A DNA stretch of 62,409 bases, the filler included, from an uncultured Methanosarcinales archaeon (GTDB taxonomy: Archaea; Nanobdellota; Nanobdellia; Woesearchaeales; CAYSVS01): the NCBI GenBank assembly GCA_964434475.1. It is 3 parts of 3 records of this genome, joined end to end, with 100 filler letters (N's around TTAATTAATTAA, not from the genome) between each part and the next. Parts side by side here need not be neighbours in the genome. Positions count along the whole stretch, not along the records: positions 1 to 21,327 come from CAYSVS010000019.1; 2 more parts are not named here. The stretch is one strand, 5' to 3'. The translations under genes were made by a program, and so were the position numbers. Positions 1-10,040 of the stretch are shown in pieces. The notes below the pieces were generated by a model, which saw only the letters and a program-made list of their open reading frames with translations, was not told the DNA's origin and searched no databases. Numbering within the stretch: the first letter of the stretch is position 1; the number at the start of each line of letters is the position of its first letter.

Positions 1-55
1 GTGTTCAACTACCTAATTTTTTCGGTTTTTAGAAAAATCTGCACAACTCCAGTTA
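1..55. mobile_element. Possible IS terminus (IS982-like right end) at window/contig start
   Basis: The reverse complement of the first 55 nt begins TAACTGGAGTTGTGCAG, which resembles IS982-type ACnnGAGTTG termini. The + frame reads VFNYLIFSVFRKICTTPV, like a transposase C-terminus running through the IR. No transposase core is present. Confidence 0.3.
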
Positions 56-123
56 CAATAACAAAATTTATAAAGGATATATGCTATTTTTATTATATTA
101 TTATAATCTAAGAGGTGATTATC

Positions 124-552
124 TTGAATAAGAAAGGACAAGCAGCAATGGAGTTTTTGATGACTTATGGCTGGGCGATTCTAGTTGTATTGGTTGCGAT
201 AGCGGCTCTGGCATATTTTGGAGTTCTTAATCCTGCAAAATTCCTGCCTAGCAGTTGTACTATCACACCAGGAATAAGTTGTGATGATTTTAAGGTTGAA
301 TCTGATGAAGTCACATTAGTATTGACAAATGGAATGGGAGATGATCTTACTAGTGTAACAGTAGATGTTGGCTCATGCAGTGAATCAGCTCCGCAGCCTT
401 GGAATAATGGTGAAACATTGACAATTAATTTAGACGGATGCAGCAACGGAGCATCTGGTGCAAAGTTTAAAGAAGATGTTTCTGTAACATATACAAGGAG
501 CTCTGGTTTAGAGCATAATAAGAAAGGAATAATTACAACAAAAGTGGAATAA
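124..552 (+). CDS. Archaeal type IV pilin-like protein with class III signal peptide
   Basis: KKGQ/AAMEFLMTYGWAILVVLVAIAALAYFG is a class III cleavage site plus hydrophobic segment. SD GAGGTGA precedes the TTG at 124. A T-tract follows the stop. Confidence 0.85.
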   Translation: MNKKGQAAMEFLMTYGWAILVVLVAIAALAYFGVLNPAKFLPSSCTITPGISCDDFKVESDEVTLVLTNGMGDDLTSVTVDVGSCSESAPQPWNNGETLTINLDGCSNGASGAKFKEDVSVTYTRSSGLEHNKKGIITTKVE

Positions 553-597
553 ACTTTTGTTTATTTTATATTTTTTTTTTAATAGTATAATAAATGA

Positions 598-1536
598 TTA
601 TTTCTCTAATTCATATTTCTCTTCATGACATAATCTAAGAATTTCTTCCCATTTTAACTCTATGTGTGCTTGTATTTTTTCTAGAATCGCTTTATTCTCT
701 GGTTTCAAAAGATGTTTGAATCTTCTTTGATGTTTAAGCCATTCTGATATAGGTACGAATTTCTTTGGTTTGTAGTTCAACTTATACTTGCCGTTTTCAA
801 CTTCATACAACGGCCAGAACCTTGTTTCTACTGCCAATTTAGACATTTCGACAGTCATATGCATAGGAAAACTCCATCCAAGCATACATGGCTGCAGTAC
901 ATTGATAAATTTAGGTCCTTTTATCTCAAAAGCTTTTTTTGCTTTCATAGTTAAATCAGCAATATTATGCATAGCAGCCTGCGCAACATAAGGTATGTCA
1001 TGAGCAACCATTATTTTTGCCATATCTTTTTTGAATTCTTCTTTGCCGTGGTGCGCTTTTCCTTCTGGAGCTGTTGTTGTGGAAGCACCGAAAGGTGTAG
1101 CACTAGAACGCTGTACACCGGTATTCATATAAGCTTCATTATCGTACAATACATAAAGCACATCATGTCCGCGTTCAGCCATGCCGCTTAATGCCTGAAA
1201 TCCTATATCGTAAGTTCCTCCATCTCCACCGAATGCAACAAATTTTATTTCTTTTTTTATTTTTCCTTTTTTCTTAAGAGCTGCAAAAGCTCTTTCAACA
1301 CCTGAAATTGTGCTTGCAGCGTTCTCAAAAGCATTATGTATCCAGGGAATTTTCCATGAACTATAAGGGTAGATGGATGTTGTAACTTCTAAGCATCCTG
1401 TAGCATTTGCAACTACTATATGTTTATCTGTGCTTGCCAATATAGCTCTAACTATTTGCGGAAATCCGCATCCTGCACAACTCCTATGTCCTGGAACCAG
1501 TTTTTGTGGCTTAACAGCCAATTCCTTGAAATTCAT
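598..1536 (-). CDS. porB: Pyruvate:ferredoxin oxidoreductase beta subunit
   Basis: GHRSCAGCG, NATGCLE and GGDGG...DNEAYMNTG TPP-binding motif. TAATG overlap with the porA stop. Confidence 0.95.
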   Translation of the reverse strand: MNFKELAVKPQKLVPGHRSCAGCGFPQIVRAILASTDKHIVVANATGCLEVTTSIYPYSSWKIPWIHNAFENAASTISGVERAFAALKKKGKIKKEIKFVAFGGDGGTYDIGFQALSGMAERGHDVLYVLYDNEAYMNTGVQRSSATPFGASTTTAPEGKAHHGKEEFKKDMAKIMVAHDIPYVAQAAMHNIADLTMKAKKAFEIKGPKFINVLQPCMLGWSFPMHMTVEMSKLAVETRFWPLYEVENGKYKLNYKPKKFVPISEWLKHQRRFKHLLKPENKAILEKIQAHIELKWEEILRLCHEEKYELEK

Positions 1537-2696
1537 TATCTGCACCCTAAATGTATTACTTTTTCTGAAAATTTATCTTTTATCATGTCCAAAAATATCT
1601 GTTCTATCTGTTCTTCATAAGTATTTCTTCCGCCTATTCCAAATACTATGCTTTGAATTTTTGGTTTTTTCTCTAAATCAAACAAAGTGTTTTTTATTTC
1701 TCCGAATAATGGTGCATCTGCTCCGTATGAATATGACCTGTCCATTACAGTTATTCCTTTAAGATTCTTTATAGCATCTTTCATTTCACCATATGGAAAA
1801 GGTCTGAACATAATAGGTTTAAGCAGCCCTACTTTTTTTCCTTTTTCTCTGAGTTTATCAACCACTTCTTTGACAATCCCTGCAGTAGAGTTTAAGACAA
1901 TAATAGCATATTCCGCATCATCAATCATATATTTTTCAAAATAACTATATTCTCTTCCAGATACTTTTTTGTATTCTTTGCATATATCTAGATATATTTT
2001 TTTTGCCTGTTCCATCGCTTCAACCTGCTGTCTTTTGATTTCAAAAGTAAAGTCAGGTAAAGCTAAAGGACCTATAGAAACAGGATTTTTTACATCTAAA
2101 AGAAAATGTTTAGGTCTGTATTCTCCTATGAATCTTTTGATTTTTTTATCTTCTAAAAAATCCACCACTCCAACACCGTGGCTTGTTATGAATCCATCTT
2201 GCATAACCATAGAAGGCAAATGTACTTTTTCATGTTCACTTAATCTTAAAGCTATCATGTCAAGATCATAAACTTCTTGTCCTGATTCTGCGTACAACTG
2301 TATCCATGAATGATCTCTGCACCCCATTGAATCACTGTGATCGCAGTGAATGTTTATAGGAGCAGATAAGGCTCTATTTACTACATTCATTATGATTGGC
2401 AGTCTGCATCCTGACGCACAGCCAAGAATTTCCCACATTAAAGCTAATCCTGCAGATGCTGTTGCTGTCATCGCTCTTGCGCCAGCAGCGCTTGCACCAA
2501 CAGCTGCAGACATGGCTGAATGTTCACTTTCTACACGAATCATCTCGCTATCTACTTCTCCGTCAGCAACATACTGTGCAAAAGTCATAGCAATAGGTGT
2601 TTGAGGCGTTATAGGGTAAACTGGTACAACATCTGGATTAATCTGTTTCATAGCCATAGCAGCAGCAGCCGCTCCTGTAACAGCTTTCCTATTCAT
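1536..2696 (-). CDS. porA: Pyruvate:ferredoxin oxidoreductase alpha subunit
   Basis: YPITPQT, VESEHSAMSA, NRALSAPINIHCDHSD and DGFITSH motifs. Confidence 0.95.
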   Translation of the reverse strand: MNRKAVTGAAAAAMAMKQINPDVVPVYPITPQTPIAMTFAQYVADGEVDSEMIRVESEHSAMSAAVGASAAGARAMTATASAGLALMWEILGCASGCRLPIIMNVVNRALSAPINIHCDHSDSMGCRDHSWIQLYAESGQEVYDLDMIALRLSEHEKVHLPSMVMQDGFITSHGVGVVDFLEDKKIKRFIGEYRPKHFLLDVKNPVSIGPLALPDFTFEIKRQQVEAMEQAKKIYLDICKEYKKVSGREYSYFEKYMIDDAEYAIIVLNSTAGIVKEVVDKLREKGKKVGLLKPIMFRPFPYGEMKDAIKNLKGITVMDRSYSYGADAPLFGEIKNTLFDLEKKPKIQSIVFGIGGRNTYEEQIEQIFLDMIKDKFSEKVIHLGCR

Positions 2697-3027
2697 CAAA
2701 ATCACTCTCTGGTTTCATTTTAATACATTTAACTGGACAAACCTGTGCACAGATACCGCATCCTTTGCAATAATCCAAATCTGTTTCAGTTCTTTTAACT
2801 TTCCCAGGGTCCTTTCCTTTTACAGGTATGCAATTATCCGGACAATATATTGTGCATAACTGACAATGTATGCACTTTTTTTCATCCCAAACCGGCCTAA
2901 AAGTTTTCCATGTGCCTGTATGAAAATTCTTGCTTGAGCCAGGCTTCATCATTCCGCCTTTTTCAAGCTTGCACCATTCTTCTGTCGGCTTTTTTTCAAT
3001 TTTCGGTTTTTTGACTTCTTTAGTCAT
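2689..3027 (-). CDS. porD: Pyruvate:ferredoxin oxidoreductase delta subunit (2x[4Fe-4S])
   Basis: TGTWKTFRP, CIHCQLCTIYCP and YCKGCGICAQVCP; lies within the por operon. Confidence 0.95.
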   Translation of the reverse strand: MTKEVKKPKIEKKPTEEWCKLEKGGMMKPGSSKNFHTGTWKTFRPVWDEKKCIHCQLCTIYCPDNCIPVKGKDPGKVKRTETDLDYCKGCGICAQVCPVKCIKMKPESDFDE

Positions 3028-3586
3028 TTTTTACCTCGTCATATCCTCTTTGTATCGCTTTTTTGTTTGCATCTGCAATCTTTTTATTATGATATTTATG
3101 CATAAAATGTTCACTTACTTTTTTTTGCAATGTTTTTAGTTTTATGACGTCTGCCGCTTTGCACATAGCTCCAAGCATAACAGTATTTGGTTTGTCCATA
3201 TTTAATGTTTCAAGTGCAATCTTTGTTCCATCTATAGTATATATTTTCCCTTTGAATTCTACTCTTTTTCTTATCTCTTCATTGGTTTCTGTTGTATTTA
3301 TTATAAGTATTCCTTTATCTGTCAAACCAGATGAAATATCGCATTGCTTGACAAAATAAGGATCTATAACGATTACAATATCAGGATTTTTTATTGCAGA
3401 AAATGATTTTATAGGTTTGTCTGAAATTTTTGCATATGCGTTCATAGGTGCTCCCGCTCTTTCTGGTCCATATTCAGGAAACGCTTGCACATATTTGCCT
3501 TCTTCTAGTCCTACTTCAGCAAGGGTTTGAGCAGCTGTTTTAGCTCCTTGTCCGCCTCTTCCATATAGTTTAATATTCACCCTCAT
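3020..3586 (-). CDS. porC: Pyruvate:ferredoxin oxidoreductase gamma subunit
   Basis: GRGGQGAKTAA, QAFPEYGPERAGAP and PNTVMLGA motifs. Confidence 0.95.
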   Translation of the reverse strand: MRVNIKLYGRGGQGAKTAAQTLAEVGLEEGKYVQAFPEYGPERAGAPMNAYAKISDKPIKSFSAIKNPDIVIVIDPYFVKQCDISSGLTDKGILIINTTETNEEIRKRVEFKGKIYTIDGTKIALETLNMDKPNTVMLGAMCKAADVIKLKTLQKKVSEHFMHKYHNKKIADANKKAIQRGYDEVKND

Positions 3587-3674
3587 TTTTTAATTAATTT
3601 GATATGCCTTATGTATAAAAATGTTTTGATTTTCTTTCTAAAAATATATAAATAAGTATTGCTTATCTAACCAT

Positions 3675-4025
3675 ATGCCTGACCATAATATTAACGAATA
3701 TGACCAGAAGGAAATATGTCCTTATTGTAAGTCAGATATAAGTAAAAAAAAGGATTGGAAATCACATTTTTGCGGAGATTTGCATTACAAATCAACTAAA
3801 TGCAGCTGCGGAAAAGAGATAAACATTAAAGTGCATTTTCAAGGTTCTGGACACGATACATGGAGCGGAGCTCCTTCTTGGATGTTTGATGATTCTGAGG
3901 AAATAAAGCCCCCTAAGCCTTTGGATGAAGTAATAGAAGAGCATAAGCATGTTTTAGAGGATAGAAGAGAAAAAGATGAAGAGACCGATAATAAGAGACG
4001 AAAAGAGGATAATGAAAAAGATTAA
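3675..4025 (+). CDS. Small putative zinc-binding protein with charged tail
   Basis: CPYC...HFC...HY..KCSCG...GSGHD; TATA-like element about 30 nt upstream; divergent from the por operon. Confidence 0.65.
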   Translation: MPDHNINEYDQKEICPYCKSDISKKKDWKSHFCGDLHYKSTKCSCGKEINIKVHFQGSGHDTWSGAPSWMFDDSEEIKPPKPLDEVIEEHKHVLEDRREKDEETDNKRRKEDNEKD

Positions 4026-4522
4026 AAACTTTTTTGCTTAGTAAACTTTCCTTTGTTTTTTACTTTTCCAGAAGTTCTTGCGAATATTATCTGGCATACT
4101 TTGGTGTTTGAATTCAGTTCAATGGTATTGTTGCTCATGTTCTTTATTTCCAAAACTTGCTTGTTGTTTGTTGATGGGTTGACAAAGTTAGCTGTCACGT
4201 GCACACCTAATCCTAATCTTGCGAATCTTGTCCTTCCTGAAAGAAGTGCACAGATATCTCCTTTAAGTTTAATCTGTTCTTTTGTTATGCCTAATACAAA
4301 TTCTCCAGGATGCAGGATTATCTTATTTTTTCTGATAATCTTTGAATATTTTTTGTAATCTGTGCTATTGTTCACTTTTATCACTTTGCTTTTGAAGAAC
4401 CTGAACTTATTATCTAATGTTAAGTCATAAGAAGCAGGACCTATATTTCTTTTATTGAATGGCGTTATATTTATACTTTTTTTATCTATTTCTTTTAGTA
4501 TTTCTTCTTTTGTTAGTATCAT
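4022..4522 (-). CDS. dcd: dCTP deaminase
   Basis: MILTKEEI, GPASYDLTL, GRTRFARLGL and QVLEIKN; SD GGTGA upstream of the ATG at 4522. Confidence 0.9.
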   Translation of the reverse strand: MILTKEEILKEIDKKSINITPFNKRNIGPASYDLTLDNKFRFFKSKVIKVNNSTDYKKYSKIIRKNKIILHPGEFVLGITKEQIKLKGDICALLSGRTRFARLGLGVHVTANFVNPSTNNKQVLEIKNMSNNTIELNSNTKVCQIIFARTSGKVKNKGKFTKQKSF

Positions 4523-4530
4523 CTTATCAC

Positions 4531-5205
4531 CTATTCTATCATAGTGCACTTTGCTCTTTTTCCTGTAAATATTTTTTTAAGATTTGCAATATCGGTTCCT
4601 TTAGTGATTATAACTTTTATCTTATTCTTTTTGCATACTTTTGTAGCTATAGGATCAAACGGAATATTCTTTCCAGGAATCCATTTTGTGCCTACTATCT
4701 TTTGCATATCCTGCCAAGACATTTGCTCTATCTTTTTTGCATTTTTGTATTTTCTAGGATCTTTATCATAAACGTGATAAATGTTTGAAAGGTTTATCAT
4801 ATATTTTGCATTATGTTTTTTTGCTAACAATGCTGCAACATAATCAGTACTCCACCCTGGTTTGTAACCTGCAGAAACCAATATATTTTCATCGAATCTT
4901 TTCTTTTTTGTAGGGTCATAGATAACTTCTTTATACGCAGTCTTAGAAAAAATAGCTTTCACAAGCTGTGCATTTATTCTTGTTGCCATAATACCTATCC
5001 AATCTTTTTCAGTATTTTTCACATTGAACTTGTCTGCTGCGCGAATATATTTTCTTGCAGTCTTTCCTCCGCCAACAACCAAGATAATTTGTTTATTTTT
5101 CAGTCCAATGATAAGTTTTTTGAATTTTTTTAAGAAAACAGTATCAATCTTATCGGGAACAACAATGCTTCCTCCTAAACTGATTATTATTGTCTCTTTT
5201 TTCAT
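4531..5205 (-). CDS. pyrH: UMP kinase (archaeal type)
   Basis: ISLGGS, VVGGGKTARKY, DWIGIMATRINA, PGWSTD and PFDP. Confidence 0.95.
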   Translation of the reverse strand: MKKETIIISLGGSIVVPDKIDTVFLKKFKKLIIGLKNKQIILVVGGGKTARKYIRAADKFNVKNTEKDWIGIMATRINAQLVKAIFSKTAYKEVIYDPTKKKRFDENILVSAGYKPGWSTDYVAALLAKKHNAKYMINLSNIYHVYDKDPRKYKNAKKIEQMSWQDMQKIVGTKWIPGKNIPFDPIATKVCKKNKIKVIITKGTDIANLKKIFTGKRAKCTMIE

Positions 5206-5297
5206 GTGTTGATTAAATAACATTTAATATTTAAAATTGTTGTTTTAATTTAAGATATTTCCTAAAATTTTAAATAGAATTGATATTGGAAAAAAGT

Positions 5298-5882
5298 ATG
5301 GCTCAAGGGTATGTCATCAATCTTAATGCAAAACTACATCTTATAGGGGATGAATTAGGAATATCTTGGAAACTTTTGAAGAAAGATAATAATAATATAG
5401 AACGAGATAGTGATTATAAGATTATGTTCCATAGTTGTTTATATTTGCTGGATGAATTAAGCGAATATTCTTTTAGATTGAATGATTATTTCATATCTCT
5501 TATTTACGGAGTCATATCAAAAACAGTAGCAACAAATGAAAGAAGTATAACGCGGATTGGAAAAAATGATAAGATAAATACAGGAAAAGCATCTTTGTTG
5601 GATATAATACATTTAAACCCTATTCTTGTAAAGCAAATACATTATCTAAGGGATGAATACCATATAAACAAATCAGGAAGGATAAGGATTATGCAGAATG
5701 CTTTATTTCATTATCTTAGGTATAAAGATTATGGTGATATAAATCAGATATTTAAGGAATTTGATAATGAATTTAAAAAGAACAATTATCAGCTGCCTTT
5801 AGGCTGCACTTATACTAAATTCAATACTTTTGCTGCTAAAAATTCTTTAGAAAAACTTACAAGAAAATTTCCAAGGATTTAA
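5298..5882 (+). CDS. Hypothetical protein
   Basis: Open frame of about 195 aa with a TTTAAATA element about 29 nt upstream; no recognisable motif. Confidence 0.55.
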   Translation: MAQGYVINLNAKLHLIGDELGISWKLLKKDNNNIERDSDYKIMFHSCLYLLDELSEYSFRLNDYFISLIYGVISKTVATNERSITRIGKNDKINTGKASLLDIIHLNPILVKQIHYLRDEYHINKSGRIRIMQNALFHYLRYKDYGDINQIFKEFDNEFKKNNYQLPLGCTYTKFNTFAAKNSLEKLTRKFPRI

Positions 5883-7612
5883 TCTCTTAAAAGAACTTCT
5901 ATCATAACCGCATAAGCAGGTCTTGCTAAAAAAATGCCAAATGTTACTCCTGCTATAGTTGTTATAGCGAAGCCTTTTAACATGCCAGCTCCTGCATACA
6001 ATAAAGGCACCATAGCAACAACTGTGGTTACATAAGCCGCAGTAATTATGAACAATGCTTTTTTTAATGTATCTTTCCAATTGACAAAACTTTCATGTTC
6101 TCCTTTTATCGTTTCGTCTGTTATAACTATAAGATGATCTACCCCTGTTCCTACAACTATCAATATACCTGCGATAGCGGCTATATCAAGATTCCATCCT
6201 ACTAAGCTTGCAAAACCTAATAGCATAATAACTTCAGAAACCAATGTAATTATCAGAGGAATTATTATTTTTGGATGTTTGTATCTTATAAAAACTATTA
6301 TAGAAACTGATATTACTGCCAACAATCCTATCAATAAAGCATTGCCTATAAATTCCTGACCTAATGTAGGAGATATATTGTCTGTCTTTACTATGTTAAG
6401 TTTAACTGGCAGACTGCCTGTTATCAATATAGTTTGTAGTTTTTTCATATTTTGGAGTGAATTTAATACAGCATCCTGTTGTGTTTGTCCGTTACCTGAT
6501 CCTGATATGGCTATATCAGTAACATCCCTTCCTTTCAAATCAGATCCTATTTGTAGTTCATCTACTTTATTGTCATCAAGATATAACGATAATGGTTGTG
6601 AAAGATATTGTTCTCCTCCTTTTGTTACAATTTCCAGATGTTTTGTGGCATTAGCCTGTCTTGAAGCTGCTTCTGGTCTTAGACTTATGCTAAATCTGAA
6701 TCTGCATACCCATTCATCTCCAGATTTACCGCATCCTGTTTGAGGATCTATGCCTGCGCATTCTGCGCTTCTGCACACATATGTTATATCGTTTCCTCCT
6801 TTGAATACTGTTGTGTTTCCTATTTTGGCTTCAAATTTACCTTGTTTAGCCATCAATTCTTTTACTTCTTCTTCATTAGCTCCTGCTATTTCTATAAGTA
6901 TATATTGTTTTCCTGATCCTAAAGGCTCAGGCATTTCATTCACCGGAGTAACTACTATATCTGTCAAACCATAGACATTAAGTCTTCTTTTCATGTTATC
7001 TATAAGTATTGACATATCATCTGAACTTATTTTAGTTTCAGGTTCAAGCAAAACTCTTGTTCCTCCCTGTAGGTCAAGACCTTTTTTTAGATTAGTGTTT
7101 GGAGTATCATATACCTTAATTCCGAGATCCTTTGTTCCTATAATTTTTTCAACTGTTTTATTGACAGTTATTGTCTTGTTGATAGTTTTATTGATTTCTA
7201 TTTCTGTTCCGTTCACTGTGTCTTTTACTACGATGACTTCAGGCACTATTTTTTCTTCGGTTTCTTTTAATATAGTAATGTTTTTTTCTGGTTTTGTCAC
7301 GACCCTGTATTCTTTTTCATTTGTTTTGATATATACTGTTCTGTCTGGTTTAAGATCCTTGACAAAATTATAATAATCCTGTGCTTCATTAATCTTAATA
7401 TTATTCATCATTATGATTCTTTCTCTTGACATAGGTCTTGCTGTAGGGCTTGCGCTTGTCAAGCCTCCTATATGAGCAGAAGAATTATGCTTAACAGTTC
7501 TTATTGTCGCTCCAGTTTTCCATGGATCAGGGTGTATTGCAAATAAAGCAAGAACTACAAATACTAAAAGTACGATTACTCTTGTCCTTTTGAATACTTT
7601 TTTAGTGCTCAT
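5879..7612 (-). CDS. secD: Protein translocase subunit SecD
   Basis: GLDLQGGT, ISPTLG, LDIAAIAGIL..GTGVD and LKGFAITT; adjacent to secF. Confidence 0.93.
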   Translation of the reverse strand: MSTKKVFKRTRVIVLLVFVVLALFAIHPDPWKTGATIRTVKHNSSAHIGGLTSASPTARPMSRERIIMMNNIKINEAQDYYNFVKDLKPDRTVYIKTNEKEYRVVTKPEKNITILKETEEKIVPEVIVVKDTVNGTEIEINKTINKTITVNKTVEKIIGTKDLGIKVYDTPNTNLKKGLDLQGGTRVLLEPETKISSDDMSILIDNMKRRLNVYGLTDIVVTPVNEMPEPLGSGKQYILIEIAGANEEEVKELMAKQGKFEAKIGNTTVFKGGNDITYVCRSAECAGIDPQTGCGKSGDEWVCRFRFSISLRPEAASRQANATKHLEIVTKGGEQYLSQPLSLYLDDNKVDELQIGSDLKGRDVTDIAISGSGNGQTQQDAVLNSLQNMKKLQTILITGSLPVKLNIVKTDNISPTLGQEFIGNALLIGLLAVISVSIIVFIRYKHPKIIIPLIITLVSEVIMLLGFASLVGWNLDIAAIAGILIVVGTGVDHLIVITDETIKGEHESFVNWKDTLKKALFIITAAYVTTVVAMVPLLYAGAGMLKGFAITTIAGVTFGIFLARPAYAVMIEVLLRD

Positions 7613-8489
7613 TATACTTCTTCTCCATATACCATCTGATTATTCCTGCATTTTGTATCCATGTGTTGATCAAGTCTATAAGAAGACCTATCAGTAATAT
7701 TGTCATTATTTGCTTAAGAACTTCTGAAGGGGTTACGAAAAACGCGATCAATACTGCTGCTAATGTTGTTACACTCATAGTTAATCCTGTTTTCATCGCA
7801 CTTATAACTCTGTTATATATGCTGCCTTTTGAAGTTTTTAGTACTCTTGTTGATAGTAATATATCTGTATCTACTGAGTATCCTACTAACATAAGGAATG
7901 CTGCAATACCTGCAGTAGAAACTTTGATGTTCAAGAGGTTTATTACTCCTATAGTTACTATAATATCTGAGAAAGCTGACAATATAACCGCAATACTCGG
8001 AATAGGCACCCTAAAATAATAAAATACGACTATTCCCATAAGTATGAAGGCAAATATCATGGCTTTTATAGTATCTCTAAAAAAACTTTCGCCTAAACTT
8101 GATCCTATGTTTTCAACAGTAAATTCGTCTTTGTTTAATTTTCCTATTTTTTCCTCTATTGCAGCTATAAGAGATTCTATCTCTTCTAGTTCTGTAGTGT
8201 CTGCATCAATCATTATTCCTGTTTTTGCTCCTGCACTGCTCAATGCTCTTACATTTATATCTGCATTTGGAAATGTATTTTTTAAATGTTCGGATAAGCT
8301 GTCATCATCTATAGAAGGATTTGGAATAGTTATGGCGGAGCCGCCTTTTAAACTAACGCCTTTATTGATGAAATCTCCTGTTGTAATGGTTTGATAAGAA
8401 ATCTGGCTTATGGCGAACAATAATAATAATATAGGTATTATAAGCAATATCTTGTAATTATGTTTGTAAATCTTGGTTATTATATTCAT
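7602..8489 (-). CDS. secF: Protein translocase subunit SecF
   Basis: GVSLKGG, IGSSLG and IAAFLMLVGYSVDTDILLSTR. Confidence 0.93.
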   Translation of the reverse strand: MNIITKIYKHNYKILLIIPILLLLFAISQISYQTITTGDFINKGVSLKGGSAITIPNPSIDDDSLSEHLKNTFPNADINVRALSSAGAKTGIMIDADTTELEEIESLIAAIEEKIGKLNKDEFTVENIGSSLGESFFRDTIKAMIFAFILMGIVVFYYFRVPIPSIAVILSAFSDIIVTIGVINLLNIKVSTAGIAAFLMLVGYSVDTDILLSTRVLKTSKGSIYNRVISAMKTGLTMSVTTLAAVLIAFFVTPSEVLKQIMTILLIGLLIDLINTWIQNAGIIRWYMEKKYNEH

Positions 8490-8510
8490 CTTTTTATCTG
8501 GGATTATTTT

Positions 8511-9800
8511 TTATTTATAAACATTACTATTTTGTATAGCTTCAAGAGCAGATTCTGTAACTTCTAATTCTTCATCTGTTTTTGCTAATTCTTCAGCACT
8601 TTCTTTATTTTTCTTTAAATCTTTTAATATCTGTGTGAGTATTCTATGGGCTTCTTTTATCTTATTGTTTGCTGAAATTATTTTATTGTTTGCCTCTTTT
8701 AAGGATACATCGTCTTTTTTCTCTGCGTATATTAATTTTGTTTCAGCATATAATGTTTTTGCTTCAAATATTTTTTGGCTGAATTCTTTGATTTTATCGT
8801 CTATTTCAGATACGTCTTTTCCTTTAAGTTCCAGATTAGATAGTATTTTGTTCAGCCTTTCTTCTAAAAACTGTGCTCTTGCAATGAATTCTGCAATTCT
8901 TGAATTTACTATCCTGCCAGTTGATATTTTAATTAATGGTCTTGCTTTGTTCCACTCTTCTATCATTTTATTGTTTGCATTCTGCACTTCTTCTTTTGTT
9001 ATTGATGCTTCAATCTCGTATCTTAAGTTTTGTATATTATCTATGCTTGTATTAAGTTTTGCGACAAGCGAATCTGCCTCTTCTTGTTTTAGGTTTTCAT
9101 TGCTTTCTACTTTTGCTTTTGATTTCCTTAGAGCTGCATCTATCTGGTCTGCTGTATGCAACAGGAAATCTTTTGCGTTTTTTTTAATCTCTTTCTGCAG
9201 TTCGTTGCATTGTTCTGTACATGTCTGTAATTTTTTTTTGTTATTTCTGAAAGATTTTCTTGCGTCAATATACTTTTTTTTAGCGTTGATATAATCTTGT
9301 TTTGCTAATAAGTATTCTGTCGTTAACTTTTCGATATCTGGTATTTTTCTTTTGATCAGGGAGTTTTCATTAAATTCTTCTTTTACCTTGAGCATGTGTT
9401 GTAGATTGTCTTTGTTGTTTTCTAATATGTCTTTTATTTCATATCTTGAGAATTTAACTAGCAGCTTTATTTTTGGTATAGAAAAGTCTTTAAGATTTTC
9501 GTTATGGCCTTTTATTTTTCTTATCTCTTTATTGCTCATGTTGTCAAAGTTAGGGTTTGTTATTTTGATATCTTTTACTCTTGATTTATATTTATTTACT
9601 GTATAATCGCATTTATCGTATGCTTTAGCCATATTCATCTTAGGATATTTATCCATTATTTTATCAACGCAGTTGTCAACTAAAGGATTTGCAGCAATAA
9701 CTACATTACATAATATTATTACTATTACGATTATTCTAGTTATGATGTTAAACACCTCATTTATCTTTTGGTTATCTTTATTATTTTTATAAATGCGCAT
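8511..9800 (-). CDS. Secreted or membrane-anchored long coiled-coil protein (true start probably near 9742-9754)
   Basis: Hydrophobic signal IIVIVIILCNVVIAA followed by long heptad-like K/E/A helices; SD GAGGTG at 9752-9757. Confidence 0.7.
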   Translation of the reverse strand: MRIYKNNKDNQKINEVFNIITRIIVIVIILCNVVIAANPLVDNCVDKIMDKYPKMNMAKAYDKCDYTVNKYKSRVKDIKITNPNFDNMSNKEIRKIKGHNENLKDFSIPKIKLLVKFSRYEIKDILENNKDNLQHMLKVKEEFNENSLIKRKIPDIEKLTTEYLLAKQDYINAKKKYIDARKSFRNNKKKLQTCTEQCNELQKEIKKNAKDFLLHTADQIDAALRKSKAKVESNENLKQEEADSLVAKLNTSIDNIQNLRYEIEASITKEEVQNANNKMIEEWNKARPLIKISTGRIVNSRIAEFIARAQFLEERLNKILSNLELKGKDVSEIDDKIKEFSQKIFEAKTLYAETKLIYAEKKDDVSLKEANNKIISANNKIKEAHRILTQILKDLKKNKESAEELAKTDEELEVTESALEAIQNSNVYK

Positions 9801-9807
9801 TTTTTGT

Positions 9808-9890
9808 TAAAAGAAAAAAGAAAAATAAAAAGTTTTCCCCTTTTTAGCCCGATTTGTGGGGACAAATCTTTTTATTTGTCTAACACAGAT
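9808..9890 (-). ncRNA. Candidate small structured RNA with CCCC loop
   Basis: Minus-strand BRE/TATA (GAAAAGTATG-TTTATAAA, TATA 9917-9910), a perfect stem GATTTGT-CCCC-ACAAATC (9851-9868), and a long U-tract at 9809-9831. Confidence 0.35.
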
Positions 9891-10040
9891 ACTATAATAG
9901 TCTAAGTTATTTATAAACATACTTTTCTTTGAAAAATATTAAAACTTTACGAATTGTTTTAATGCTTTACGGAGCTCTATTTAGCCTTTTTAAGCTAAAA
10001 GAAAATATTTAAATACTTCAAACTGATTTTTAAGCTAGAT

